A DNA stretch of 40,266 bases from a virus. Where the stretch lies: positions 1 through 40,266 of the IMG/VR virus record IMGVR_UViG_3300045988_083036; one strand, given 5' to 3'. Shown here piece after piece: positions 25,920 through 32,962 of this stretch. The notes below the pieces were generated by a model. It saw only the letters and a program-made list of their open reading frames with translations. It had not been told where the DNA came from and made no database searches. Both the position numbers and the translations under genes were made by a program. Position 1 is the stretch's first letter, and the number at the start of each line of letters is the position of its first letter.

Positions 25920-26168
25920 ATGGCAAGCACTACATACGAGCATTTTGTTGACGTCAACAAAATGTGCGCCGCACGAGAGCAATTTCGGCACATCACGAAA
26001 ATGGTCTGCGCATGTTTTCGCGGCATCACGAAAACATACCATTTTGCCGTGCTTGGCACTATGGTGCGCAACGCCGGACAGCTGCCGGACATTGCAGCAC
26101 AGACGCATTACAGCCGGACGGCGGTAGGCTACCGGCTAAAAGGCATTGAAAAAATGCTGGATGTGTGA
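25920..26168 (+). CDS. Small HTH protein (sigma-70 region-4/LuxR-like C-terminus); coding status uncertain
   Basis: C-terminal motif GQLPDIAAQTHYSRTAVGYRLKGIEKML. The N-terminal half coincides with a 24-bp palindrome and direct repeats. Confidence 0.4.
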   Translation: MASTTYEHFVDVNKMCAAREQFRHITKMVCACFRGITKTYHFAVLGTMVRNAGQLPDIAAQTHYSRTAVGYRLKGIEKMLDV

Positions 26169-26174
26169 TATAAT
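26146..26174 (+). promoter_or_regulatory. Near-consensus sigma-70 promoter with extended -10
   Basis: TTGAAA (26146-51), a 17-nt spacer ending in TG, then TATAAT (26169-74). Confidence 0.7.
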
Positions 26175-26180
26175 ACTTAT

Positions 26181-26265
26181 AGTGTCCGAAGTAGCGTACA
26201 CACACTTCGGAGAAATGTGTACAGAGAGCCAGCGGAAGAACGTTTACCCGCTGGCTTTTCTTTTT
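26181..26265 (+). ncRNA. Candidate 85-nt small RNA or leader (two hairpins, the second a terminator)
   Basis: The TSS is predicted near 26181. Hairpin TCCGAAGT/ACTTCGGA spans 26185-26211. An alternative pairing is GTACACA/TGTGTAC. Terminator GCCAGCGG/CCGCTGGC with TTTTCTTTTT spans 26228-26265. Confidence 0.5.
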
Positions 26266-26275
26266 GCACGATTTG

Positions 26276-26284
26276 TGGTATAAT
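26276..26284 (+). promoter_or_regulatory. Extended -10 promoter element (TGgTATAAT)
   Basis: Read directly from the sequence. The -35 element is weak. Confidence 0.45.
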
Positions 26285-26295
26285 AATCTCAACAA

Positions 26296-26377
26296 ATCCA
26301 CCCGGCCTCTCGAAGAAGCGCATTAGGGTGGATATCTGAACCCATCAAGCCTCTCAACGATGCGTATCATGGTGGGT
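26296..26377 (+). ncRNA. Two tandem 38-nt stem-loops (44-nt period) with compensatory stem changes
   Basis: SL-A is ATCCACCC-22 nt-GGGTGGAT. SL-B is ACCCATCA-22 nt-TGGTGGGT. The loops share gcctctc.a..ga.gcg.at.a. Confidence 0.55.
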
Positions 26378-26383
26378 CTTTGA

Positions 26384-26455
26384 GGCTATGTAGCTCAGTT
26401 GGTAGAGCAGGGCGTTACACCGCCTATTGTCGCTGGTTCAATTCCAGCCATAGCA
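26384..26455 (+). tRNA. tRNA-like gene (Val-UAC-like) whose best anticodon stem leaves a 6-nt loop (TTACAC); G1.A72 mismatch, no CCA
   Basis: D arm GCTC-AGTTGGTA-GAGC and T arm GCTGG-TTCAATT-CCAGC are perfect. The anticodon stem GGGCG/CGCCT is shifted by one nucleotide. Confidence 0.5.
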
Positions 26456-26537
26456 AGCCCGAAAATGCTTGAACGGTTTTGAATAGTGCGCATACGTCAA
26501 AATTGCGATAGCAGAAGTAGGCATTTTTAGTTGATAC

Positions 26538-26579
26538 AGTCTCTTGCCCGACCACTAACAGTGCGTACCATGCAAGAGA
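26538..26579 (+). ncRNA. Hairpin with a 9-bp stem and a 24-nt loop
   Basis: GTCTCTTGC ... GCAAGAGAC. Confidence 0.4.
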
Positions 26580-26586
26580 CGCAAAT

Positions 26587-26660
26587 AATCCCCTGCTTCG
26601 CCGAAGCCCTGCGTTCCACGCGGGTACTTTATAGGCAAAGTGGGGGATTGTTTTATTCGC
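26587..26660 (+). ncRNA. Compact four-way-junction (cloverleaf-like) RNA followed by a T tract
   Basis: The closing stem is AATCCCC/GGGGATT. It encloses GCTTC-gcc-GAAGC, CCTGCG-ttcca-CGCGGG and ACTTT-ataggc-AAAGT. GTTTTATT follows. Confidence 0.4.
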
Positions 26661-26679
26661 ACTAGTTTTGTCGAAACTC

Positions 26680-26708
26680 TTGTCTTACAAGTCAAAACGT
26701 GATATTTT
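26680..26708 (+). promoter_or_regulatory. Candidate promoter for the downstream cassette
   Basis: TTGTCT, a 17-nt spacer ending in TG, then TATTTT. Confidence 0.35.
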
Positions 26709-26741
26709 ATTTTTGCTTCCAATGTGAAGCCCTTAACAGTT

Positions 26742-26786
26742 AAGCGCTCATGCGGCTTTGTGCCGTGTGGGCGCTTTTCTTTTTTG
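26742..26786 (+). terminator. Long hairpin with a T tract in the cassette leader (attenuator-like)
   Basis: A stem of about 14 bp pairs 26742-26755 with 26763-26776 (several G.T pairs). TTTTCTTTTTT follows. Confidence 0.5.
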
Positions 26787-26862
26787 TCCTTCGTTGTGCG
26801 TTCGTTGCCTCTCGCTTTTCGGGAAAGATATAAAATCATCCCAGAAGAAAGGGGGAGCTATA

Positions 26863-27308
26863 TGGGATATCCTTATGAAGGATGGCGGCCCGGCCCGTAC
26901 GGGGCGCAGCCTATGAGTAGCTACGGGCAGAACCAGTACATGCCGCAGATGCAGGGACAGACAGGCCAGATGGCCGCACAAAACCCGTTTACCATGGTGC
27001 CAACCATCGCAGACGTAGAAAAGGTCATGGTACAGCCCGGCGAAACGCGCTGGATTATGGTGCAAAACGAGCCTGTCATGGCTGTCAAAAAGGCAGACAC
27101 GATGGGCTATGCGGCCGGCGAGTACTACCGCCTGACAAAGATCGACCCGGCGGCGATGCAGACACCGGCAGAGACGCAGTATCTAACCTCTGCGCAGGCA
27201 GATCAGAAGATACAGGCTGCCGTAAAAGCCGAGGTGGAGCGCGTGATGGCGCAGTATCAGACGGCCCCGGCGGCTCCTGCAAGGCCCGCACGGGCAAAGG
27301 AGGGTTAA
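26863..27308 (+). CDS. Hypothetical protein, Q/P/G/Y-rich N-terminus (cassette gene 1)
   Basis: GGGGGAG RBS. It begins MGYPYEGWRPGPYGAQPMSSYGQNQYMPQMQGQ. Confidence 0.6.
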
Positions 27309-27311
27309 GAT

Positions 27312-27551
27312 ATGGCAAATCCTTTGATGCAGTTCTTGGGCGGCGGTGCACCGTCCGGCTTTCCCGGCCCTCTGGGCAACATGATGCAGATTTTGCAGCA
27401 GTTCACGGAATTCTGCTCTAAATTTCAGGGTGACCCGCAGAAAAAAGTGCAGGAACTCTTGAAATCCGGGCAAATGACGAAAGAACAGTATAGGCAGCTC
27501 GAAACAGTTGTGAAGCAGCTCTTGCCGTACATCAAGCCTTACCTTAAATAG
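27312..27551 (+). CDS. Hypothetical small helical protein (cassette gene 2)
   Basis: 79-aa ORF, 3 nt after the upstream stop. Confidence 0.6.
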   Translation: MANPLMQFLGGGAPSGFPGPLGNMMQILQQFTEFCSKFQGDPQKKVQELLKSGQMTKEQYRQLETVVKQLLPYIKPYLK

Positions 27552-27611
27552 CCGAAAAAATCGTGCGCACGATTTGAAATATTCAGCTCTATCAACGAAA
27601 GGACAATAACC

Positions 27612-28268
27612 ATGGATAACTATTCTTTGGCAGACATCGCCGCTGCGACCCGCAACAATGACGACAACGGCTTCGGCATTGGTTCCGGTGGCGGCATTTT
27701 CTTCCTCGCAATCCTGTTTCTCTTCTTTGCCATGATGGGCGGAGGCACCGGACTGTTTGGCAACCGCACCGGCGAGTACGGCCAGTATGCCACTGCAGCA
27801 AGCCAGCAGGAGATCCTCTATGGCCAGCAGTTCGGCCAAATCAACGACCGCCTGACCAACATCGGCAACGGCATCTGCAATCTCGGTTATGAGATGCAGG
27901 GCAACATCGGCCAGCTCGGCAAGGAAGTTGCTCTGGCACAGGCTGGTACCAACACCACCATCCTCCAGACCGGAAACAGCATCCAGAGCCAGCTCGCACA
28001 GTGCTGCTGCGACAACCGTCTGGCAACGGCCAATCTGGCCGCTCAGATGGACAAGCAGACCTGCGCGATCAACTCCAACATCGACGCGAAGTTTGCCGAG
28101 CTGCAGAAGCAGCAGTATGAGCAGACCATCGCGGCCCAGAATCAGCGGATCAGCCAGCTGGAGCTTGCCTCCCAGATGTACGGCGTTGTGAAGTACCCCA
28201 ACGGCTACTCCTACAATGCGGGGCCGAGCCCCTTCTGCGGCTGCAATAACGGCTGCGGCAACATCTAA
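27612..28268 (+). CDS. Hypothetical membrane-anchored coiled-coil, Cys-rich protein (cassette gene 3)
   Basis: TM segment GGGIFFLAILFLFFAMMGGG. It has Q-rich heptads, an AQCCCDNR motif and the C-terminal end FCGCNNGCGNI. Confidence 0.65.
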   Translation: MDNYSLADIAAATRNNDDNGFGIGSGGGIFFLAILFLFFAMMGGGTGLFGNRTGEYGQYATAASQQEILYGQQFGQINDRLTNIGNGICNLGYEMQGNIGQLGKEVALAQAGTNTTILQTGNSIQSQLAQCCCDNRLATANLAAQMDKQTCAINSNIDAKFAELQKQQYEQTIAAQNQRISQLELASQMYGVVKYPNGYSYNAGPSPFCGCNNGCGNI

Positions 28269-28347
28269 CACATACGCCCTTTAGGCGAGGATTGGCGGGG
28301 CGGCAGCAGCTGCCCCGCTTTTGATTTTTGAAAGGAGTTTTATCATT

Positions 28348-28749
28348 ATGGCACGTTGTGCGATCTATACCACCAATACGTCCGCCCAAGCACTGACCGC
28401 CGGTAGCATCATTCCGGTGGGTTCCACCACCCGGCGATTCGGGAAGGCCATCCAGCAGGATGGAAACACCATCACGCTGTTGGGCGAGGGTTATTACCAC
28501 GTCAACGCATCTGCAACCCTGATTCCCGCCGCCGCTGGCACTGTCACAGTGACCGGCCAGAAGGACGGCGTTGCCGTCGTTGGGGCTACCGCATCCGCGA
28601 CCGTGGCCGCTGTCTCGACCGCTACCAACCTCAACCTTGATTTCATCGTGCGGAATATTTGCGGCTGCAGCAGCTCGATCCTGTCCTTTGTCCTGACCGG
28701 AGCAGATGCTACTTTGTCCAATTTGGCCGTCACCGTCGAGAAGCTGTAA
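28348..28749 (+). CDS. Hypothetical beta-rich protein, possibly a BclA-C/C1q-like fold (cassette gene 4)
   Basis: AGGAG RBS. The fold guess comes from the sequence pattern only. Confidence 0.55.
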   Translation: MARCAIYTTNTSAQALTAGSIIPVGSTTRRFGKAIQQDGNTITLLGEGYYHVNASATLIPAAAGTVTVTGQKDGVAVVGATASATVAAVSTATNLNLDFIVRNICGCSSSILSFVLTGADATLSNLAVTVEKL

Positions 28750-28761
28750 GGAGGAAACACC

Positions 28762-29103
28762 ATGGCTATAGATGAGCGAAAGCTTTGCGGATACAAGGCC
28801 GCATTGATTCAGGCCGCAAAGCAGATGGCGGAAGAGTACAGCGACGCGATGAGCTACGCAGACTTTGCGGTGGAGTATAAGAGCGTTTGCCCGTCGGCTG
28901 CCTCCGAATGGTACAAGCTCTCCGGCGACGAAATCGAGCACGCCGAAATCAACTCCCGCATCGGACAGAAGGTGCTTTCCATGGTCGAAACAGAAGATGC
29001 TTCAGCAGTGGCAGACCTTCGCAGCATGTGGGCGATGGCTGAAGAGCTTGTTTCCAGTCTGCACGAAGCTGTCATAAAACAGCGAGCGGCCTATGTAAAG
29101 TAA
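28762..29103 (+). CDS. Hypothetical helical protein (cassette gene 5)
   Basis: 113-aa ORF with an AAGGAGGA RBS. Confidence 0.6.
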   Translation: MAIDERKLCGYKAALIQAAKQMAEEYSDAMSYADFAVEYKSVCPSAASEWYKLSGDEIEHAEINSRIGQKVLSMVETEDASAVADLRSMWAMAEELVSSLHEAVIKQRAAYVK

Positions 29104-29120
29104 TAACAAAAAGATAGCAG

Positions 29121-29159
29121 CAGCACCGGGGAGCCTGACGGTTCCTCGGTGCTGTTTTT
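29121..29159 (+). terminator. Intrinsic terminator after the cassette
   Basis: 12-bp stem CAGCACCGGGGA/TCCTCGGTGCTG followed by TTTTT. Confidence 0.75.
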
Positions 29160-29216
29160 GCGTTTATAAAGCTGTTTTTCAGCGGTGTGTTACCAAAAAT
29201 GTTACCATGATAAAGG

Positions 29217-29253
29217 AAAGGACGTCAATTCTCAACGAAATGACGTCCTTTTT
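29217..29253 (+). terminator. Second hairpin/terminator
   Basis: 11-bp stem AAAGGACGTCA/TGACGTCCTTT followed by a T tract. Confidence 0.6.
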
Positions 29254-29256
29254 GCA

Positions 29257-29280
29257 TGGTGGAGGCGATGGGAGTCGAAC
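29257..29280 (-). other. 24-nt fragment identical in form to a tRNA 3' end (T loop to CCA); probable attP core
   Basis: The minus strand reads GTTCGACTCCCATCGCCTCCACCA. No matching 5' half or T-stem partner is present. Confidence 0.65.
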
Positions 29281-29419
29281 AATTAAAAACGATTGATTGT
29301 CGTCAAAAATGAATCTGGGATTCATGAAAGAGTGAAGGAATAATTCGGCTTTGTTGGGTTATGCCTGATTCGTTTTTTGACATTTAGAAAAAAGAGTGTT
29401 ACCAAATGTGTTACCAGAA

Positions 29420-30556
29420 TCACCCTTGAGCCTTCCTGAATGCAGCTGTCGTTGCAGCTGCCAAATCTTCTCGCTGGCCCTGCAATTCATGATGGTACAC
29501 GCCGGAAGTGTCCATGTTCTTGCTGTGACCAACCAGCATTTTTAGCTGGCTGTCAGTCAGGACGCTTGATTCAACGCTGACAAAGGTGTGCCGCAGCTCG
29601 TAAAGTGAGACTTTCGGCTCAATCCCGTTTGCTTCCTGATACGATTCCCATCGGCGATAGAGCGTATGCTCTGACGGAATCTGAAACAGCGGCGTATTGT
29701 ATTGTAGCAGTATGCCTTGAGCCTTTAGGAGCTGTACCTGCGCCTCATAGGCGTCCCGTGCTTCCTTGCCCATGTCAAAAGAGCGGATGGCGTTTTCATT
29801 CTTTCCGGTGGTCTGCTCCCGGTGCACGTTGATGCTGCGCCGAAGATTGACCGTGTTCCCTTTGATGTCACCATACCAGAGACCAATCAGCTCCCCGGGG
29901 CGCAGGCCGGTCGCAACTGCAAAGCGGTAGGCGTAGATATATTCATCAAATACCAGCTTTCCATAGTAGGTGCGGGTTTCTACGCTAAACAAAACCTTCA
30001 GGGCGGTGGGCTGCAAGATCGTGCGTTTCCCCATCCTGGCATTCTTCGGGATAGACAGGTCGGGGTGGAGCGTCGTGTACTTGTTCCTTCGGCACCACTT
30101 GACAAAGGCGGTTTCCGCTGCCCGGATCGTCATAAGCGTCTTTCGGCTCAACGGCTGGTTTGAGATGGGCTTGCGCTGGTTCTTTTTCTGTGAGCGCTTC
30201 CGGAACGAAACGTCAATGGCCTTTTGAAGATCGCCCTCGGTTAACTCGTCAATGCGGATATTTCCACAGGTCGGCAGGATATAGCAGTCCCCATAACGCC
30301 GGCATTGTGTCACATAGGACGTCCCGCAAGTCAGCTTCAACTCTTCCACCCACTCCGAATAAAGGGCACTGACTTTCTTTTTCCCGTCTCTGATGCTATC
30401 ATCAAGCCATGCATCCGCTTTTGCGTTTGCTTCCCGTTGTCCTGTCCGGCCCGGCGTGCTGCTGTAAAACCGTTTGCGGGTGCCGTTCTTCTGAACCGCG
30501 ATGCACCAGCGCTTTTCCTTTTCCACCCAAAATGCCGTGTTGACCCGTTTTTTCAT
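29420..30556 (-). CDS. int: Tyrosine integrase
   Basis: Motifs YELRHTFVSV and LVGHSKNMDTSGVYHH. A GGAGGTGG RBS precedes ATG 30556; the ORF track extends to 30679. Confidence 0.9.
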   Translation of the reverse strand: MKKRVNTAFWVEKEKRWCIAVQKNGTRKRFYSSTPGRTGQREANAKADAWLDDSIRDGKKKVSALYSEWVEELKLTCGTSYVTQCRRYGDCYILPTCGNIRIDELTEGDLQKAIDVSFRKRSQKKNQRKPISNQPLSRKTLMTIRAAETAFVKWCRRNKYTTLHPDLSIPKNARMGKRTILQPTALKVLFSVETRTYYGKLVFDEYIYAYRFAVATGLRPGELIGLWYGDIKGNTVNLRRSINVHREQTTGKNENAIRSFDMGKEARDAYEAQVQLLKAQGILLQYNTPLFQIPSEHTLYRRWESYQEANGIEPKVSLYELRHTFVSVESSVLTDSQLKMLVGHSKNMDTSGVYHHELQGQREDLAAATTAAFRKAQG

Positions 30557-30722
30557 AAAATCCACCTCCATACACAAGCGTACACTGTGCCGCTGTCCTT
30601 GGGCCGGCGGCGTTTTTTTCTTTGCTGCGGGGCGGCTTCCGGCTGCTTCTTCCCGCCCCACGGACAAAAGAAGCACCATCCGGGATCTCCTTCCGGCAGC
30701 ATGCTCTCACGCATTTCATGGC

Positions 30723-31310
30723 TTACTCCTTTTTCTGCCCGATATATCCAAAGGCACCATTTTCAGCAGCGGCCCTTCCGGCCTTGTAGTTGATCTTCAG
30801 ATCGTCAATAGGAGGTTGCGGAGCGTCCGGGCATGGGTCAAGGCCCGCGATCTGCGCATAGGTATACTGGTCTATGATGGTCCCGCACACGCTGGCCCGG
30901 TTATTCAGAGGGCAGTGCAGATTTGCAGCTATCTCCGATATGACAGCAGGCGGGCTGCTTCCGTGACTGCCCTTCAATATGAAGAGAAGCAGCCTTTTCG
31001 TCAGCGGCGGCAGGTTTACCACAAGACGGCACAACTCCGCGTTTAGCTCATCGTCGGCCTTGCCGTCATCCGGCGCTTTGTACAGTTCTGGGTGGATAAT
31101 CTCCATGAACACCGTGATGGGTGACACCCCGCACGCCGTGCACCAGTCCATGATCTCGTCACTGTCCGGGCTAGTGCATCCTTTTTCCCAGCTCTGCACG
31201 GTACGCTCTCCCTTCTCAATGCGCCTTGCGATCTCCACTTGACTCAAGCCCGCAGACACCCGTGCTTTTGCAAGCGCTTTCCCGATTTGGCTCGCCGTAA
31301 AATAACTCAT
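30723..31310 (-). CDS. XRE-family HTH protein with an unknown C-terminal domain
   Basis: The likely start is MSYFTASQIG at 31310. HTH motif LSQVEIARRIEKGERTVQSWEKG. Confidence 0.7.
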   Translation of the reverse strand: MSYFTASQIGKALAKARVSAGLSQVEIARRIEKGERTVQSWEKGCTSPDSDEIMDWCTACGVSPITVFMEIIHPELYKAPDDGKADDELNAELCRLVVNLPPLTKRLLLFILKGSHGSSPPAVISEIAANLHCPLNNRASVCGTIIDQYTYAQIAGLDPCPDAPQPPIDDLKINYKAGRAAAENGAFGYIGQKKE

Positions 31311-31469
31311 ACTTTCACCCCCATAATACCGGCGTGTTTTTAACAAAAAATGGCGCAGAAAAAATCCGCGCCATTCGACAAATTTTATCCGTATTTCATT
31401 TTCCACTGGCGCATGGTAAAATCTGGTACATAAGTTGACACAATTACTAAAAATCAGGAGGAAAACAAA

Positions 31470-31580
31470 ATGAAAAACGGTCAAACAAGCAACAAAGACC
31501 CGGAAATGACCATCATTGACGGAATGCCCGCCAGCGTGCTTACCGGCACAGCTAAAACCCCGCAGCCTTGGGAGGATTGA
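31470..31580 (+). CDS. Micro-ORF (36 aa)
   Basis: A strong caggaggaaaacaaaATG initiation region. It reads MKNGQTSNKDPEMTIIDGMPASVLTGTAKTPQPWED. Confidence 0.4.
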   Translation: MKNGQTSNKDPEMTIIDGMPASVLTGTAKTPQPWED

Positions 31581-31583
31581 GCC

Positions 31584-31796
31584 ATGACCAACAAAAAGAC
31601 CGCCTGTTTCTGCAACCACATCCGCGCCGCGCTGGCCTGCTATGAGGACATGCCGCCCGAAGGGCAAGCCCGCGCCCGACTTTACGTCACCCGCAAGGCC
31701 GGTGCCATCCGCAACCTCAAAGCCGCTTCCGATGATCCCGGCGGGGAGCTGGCAGGGGAGCTGTTGCATTTTCTGCAACAGCTGGAAGCTGATTAA
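31584..31796 (+). CDS. Hypothetical protein (70 aa)
   Basis: ORF with a GGGAGGA RBS. Confidence 0.5.
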   Translation: MTNKKTACFCNHIRAALACYEDMPPEGQARARLYVTRKAGAIRNLKAASDDPGGELAGELLHFLQQLEAD

Positions 31797-32737
31797 GCAG
31801 CTTTCCGGCCTTCCGCCTTACCGCCTGCAATGTAGTGCTCATAGTATTTCACATTATCATCGCCAAACAATGCGACCAAATCGGGGTTGTTCGCCTTATA
31901 GGCAGCGAGGTTAAATTCAGAATTGCCCTGACGGCCTTCCTTCATGCCACTGTTGATGAAGTGCTCAAACAGAGCCTTCTGGTTGTCGCCGAGGCTTGCG
32001 GCCAAATCCTGATTATACTGCAAATATTCTTGGTAGTTGTAAACAGCTGCGTACTGTGCAAGCTGCTCTTTGAACGGCTTATTCTGGAGCGGCGTGTCAC
32101 GATACGCCGAACCAATATTTGTTACAGTCTGCTGACTTCCGTCCATGTATGTGATTTTTACTTTGCTCACATTCAAGTAATCAATCGTACTATTGTACCA
32201 CACAACGTCAAAAGCGGAGCAACTTGAAAACAAGGCATTGTTGATTTCGTCTTCCGTCAAGTAAATGTTCTTGCTTTCGTCAAGAACACTCGGCTCAATG
32301 AAAAAATTCCCATACTTATCTTGATAGACGCTTTCAAGATATCCATTGTTATCAATCCAATAGTTGGTGTCGGTGTACTCATGGAATGGAGAGTCTGCAT
32401 CTGAGAACGAAAGCGTCTGAACCTGTCCACTCGGTTGCCGTTCAAGTCGGAACGACTCAATCGGTCCGACTGTGCGAATCTGAGCAACTGCGCTTCCGGT
32501 AATATCGTCTGGCGCAGGATCTCCAACCCTGTTGTAGGCGGTTATATACCAATCAAGGTACTTTATTGTCTTACCGGAATTGTTTCGGTAGTAGAGTTTT
32601 GGAGACACACCGCCAACAGAGTTCATGTCAAAAGTAAAATACATCAACTCAATGGTCGGTTTTGCCGCAAGTGCTACGGACGAAAACGCAAGCAGCGCAG
32701 CAATTGAGAGGACCATAGCGAACAGTCTTTTTCTCAT
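31793..32737 (-). CDS. Secreted protein with C-terminal tandem repeats (moron); lower GC
   Basis: Signal peptide MRKRLFAMVLSIAALLAFSSVALA. A repeated Y..NPDL...FG.D...YY.HY...G..EGR-type motif is present. Confidence 0.7.
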   Translation of the reverse strand: MRKRLFAMVLSIAALLAFSSVALAAKPTIELMYFTFDMNSVGGVSPKLYYRNNSGKTIKYLDWYITAYNRVGDPAPDDITGSAVAQIRTVGPIESFRLERQPSGQVQTLSFSDADSPFHEYTDTNYWIDNNGYLESVYQDKYGNFFIEPSVLDESKNIYLTEDEINNALFSSCSAFDVVWYNSTIDYLNVSKVKITYMDGSQQTVTNIGSAYRDTPLQNKPFKEQLAQYAAVYNYQEYLQYNQDLAASLGDNQKALFEHFINSGMKEGRQGNSEFNLAAYKANNPDLVALFGDDNVKYYEHYIAGGKAEGRKAA

Positions 32738-32844
32738 AATAGATAACACCTCACAACATATTTTTACAATATCTCTCACAATGTACAACCGAAAGGCGTA
32801 TAATGTAAGAGGGCCCAAAACAATTTGAACAGGAGGAAAACAAA

Positions 32845-32949
32845 ATGCAGGACACAACTTTCAGTCCGGAAGAAATCCGTCGAATCATCGAAAAGCTAAA
32901 GAGTGACCCTGCATTTCGTCAGAAAGTCCTCGATATTCTAAACATCTGA
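32845..32949 (+). CDS. Micro-ORF (34 aa)
   Basis: It has the same 18-nt initiation region, caggaggaaaacaaaatg, as the ORF at 31470. It reads MQDTTFSPEEIRRIIEKLKSDPAFRQKVLDILNI. TATAAT lies upstream. Confidence 0.4.
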   Translation: MQDTTFSPEEIRRIIEKLKSDPAFRQKVLDILNI

Positions 32950-32962
32950 ATCACAGCAACGC

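Larger units (their letters stand above)
29188..29416. mobile_element. attP region: four TGTTACCA arm-type repeats flanking a tRNA 3'-end core
   Basis: TGTTACCA occurs at 29188, 29200, 29397 and 29409. The core lies at 29257-29280. The region is directly adjacent to int. Confidence 0.7.

Noticed and set aside
9976-28271. Other long minus-strand ORFs: 9976..10953, 10827..11546, 16177..17025, 27183..28271 and 28150..28941.
   Set aside because: All are antisense to well-supported + strand genes and have shadow-ORF composition.
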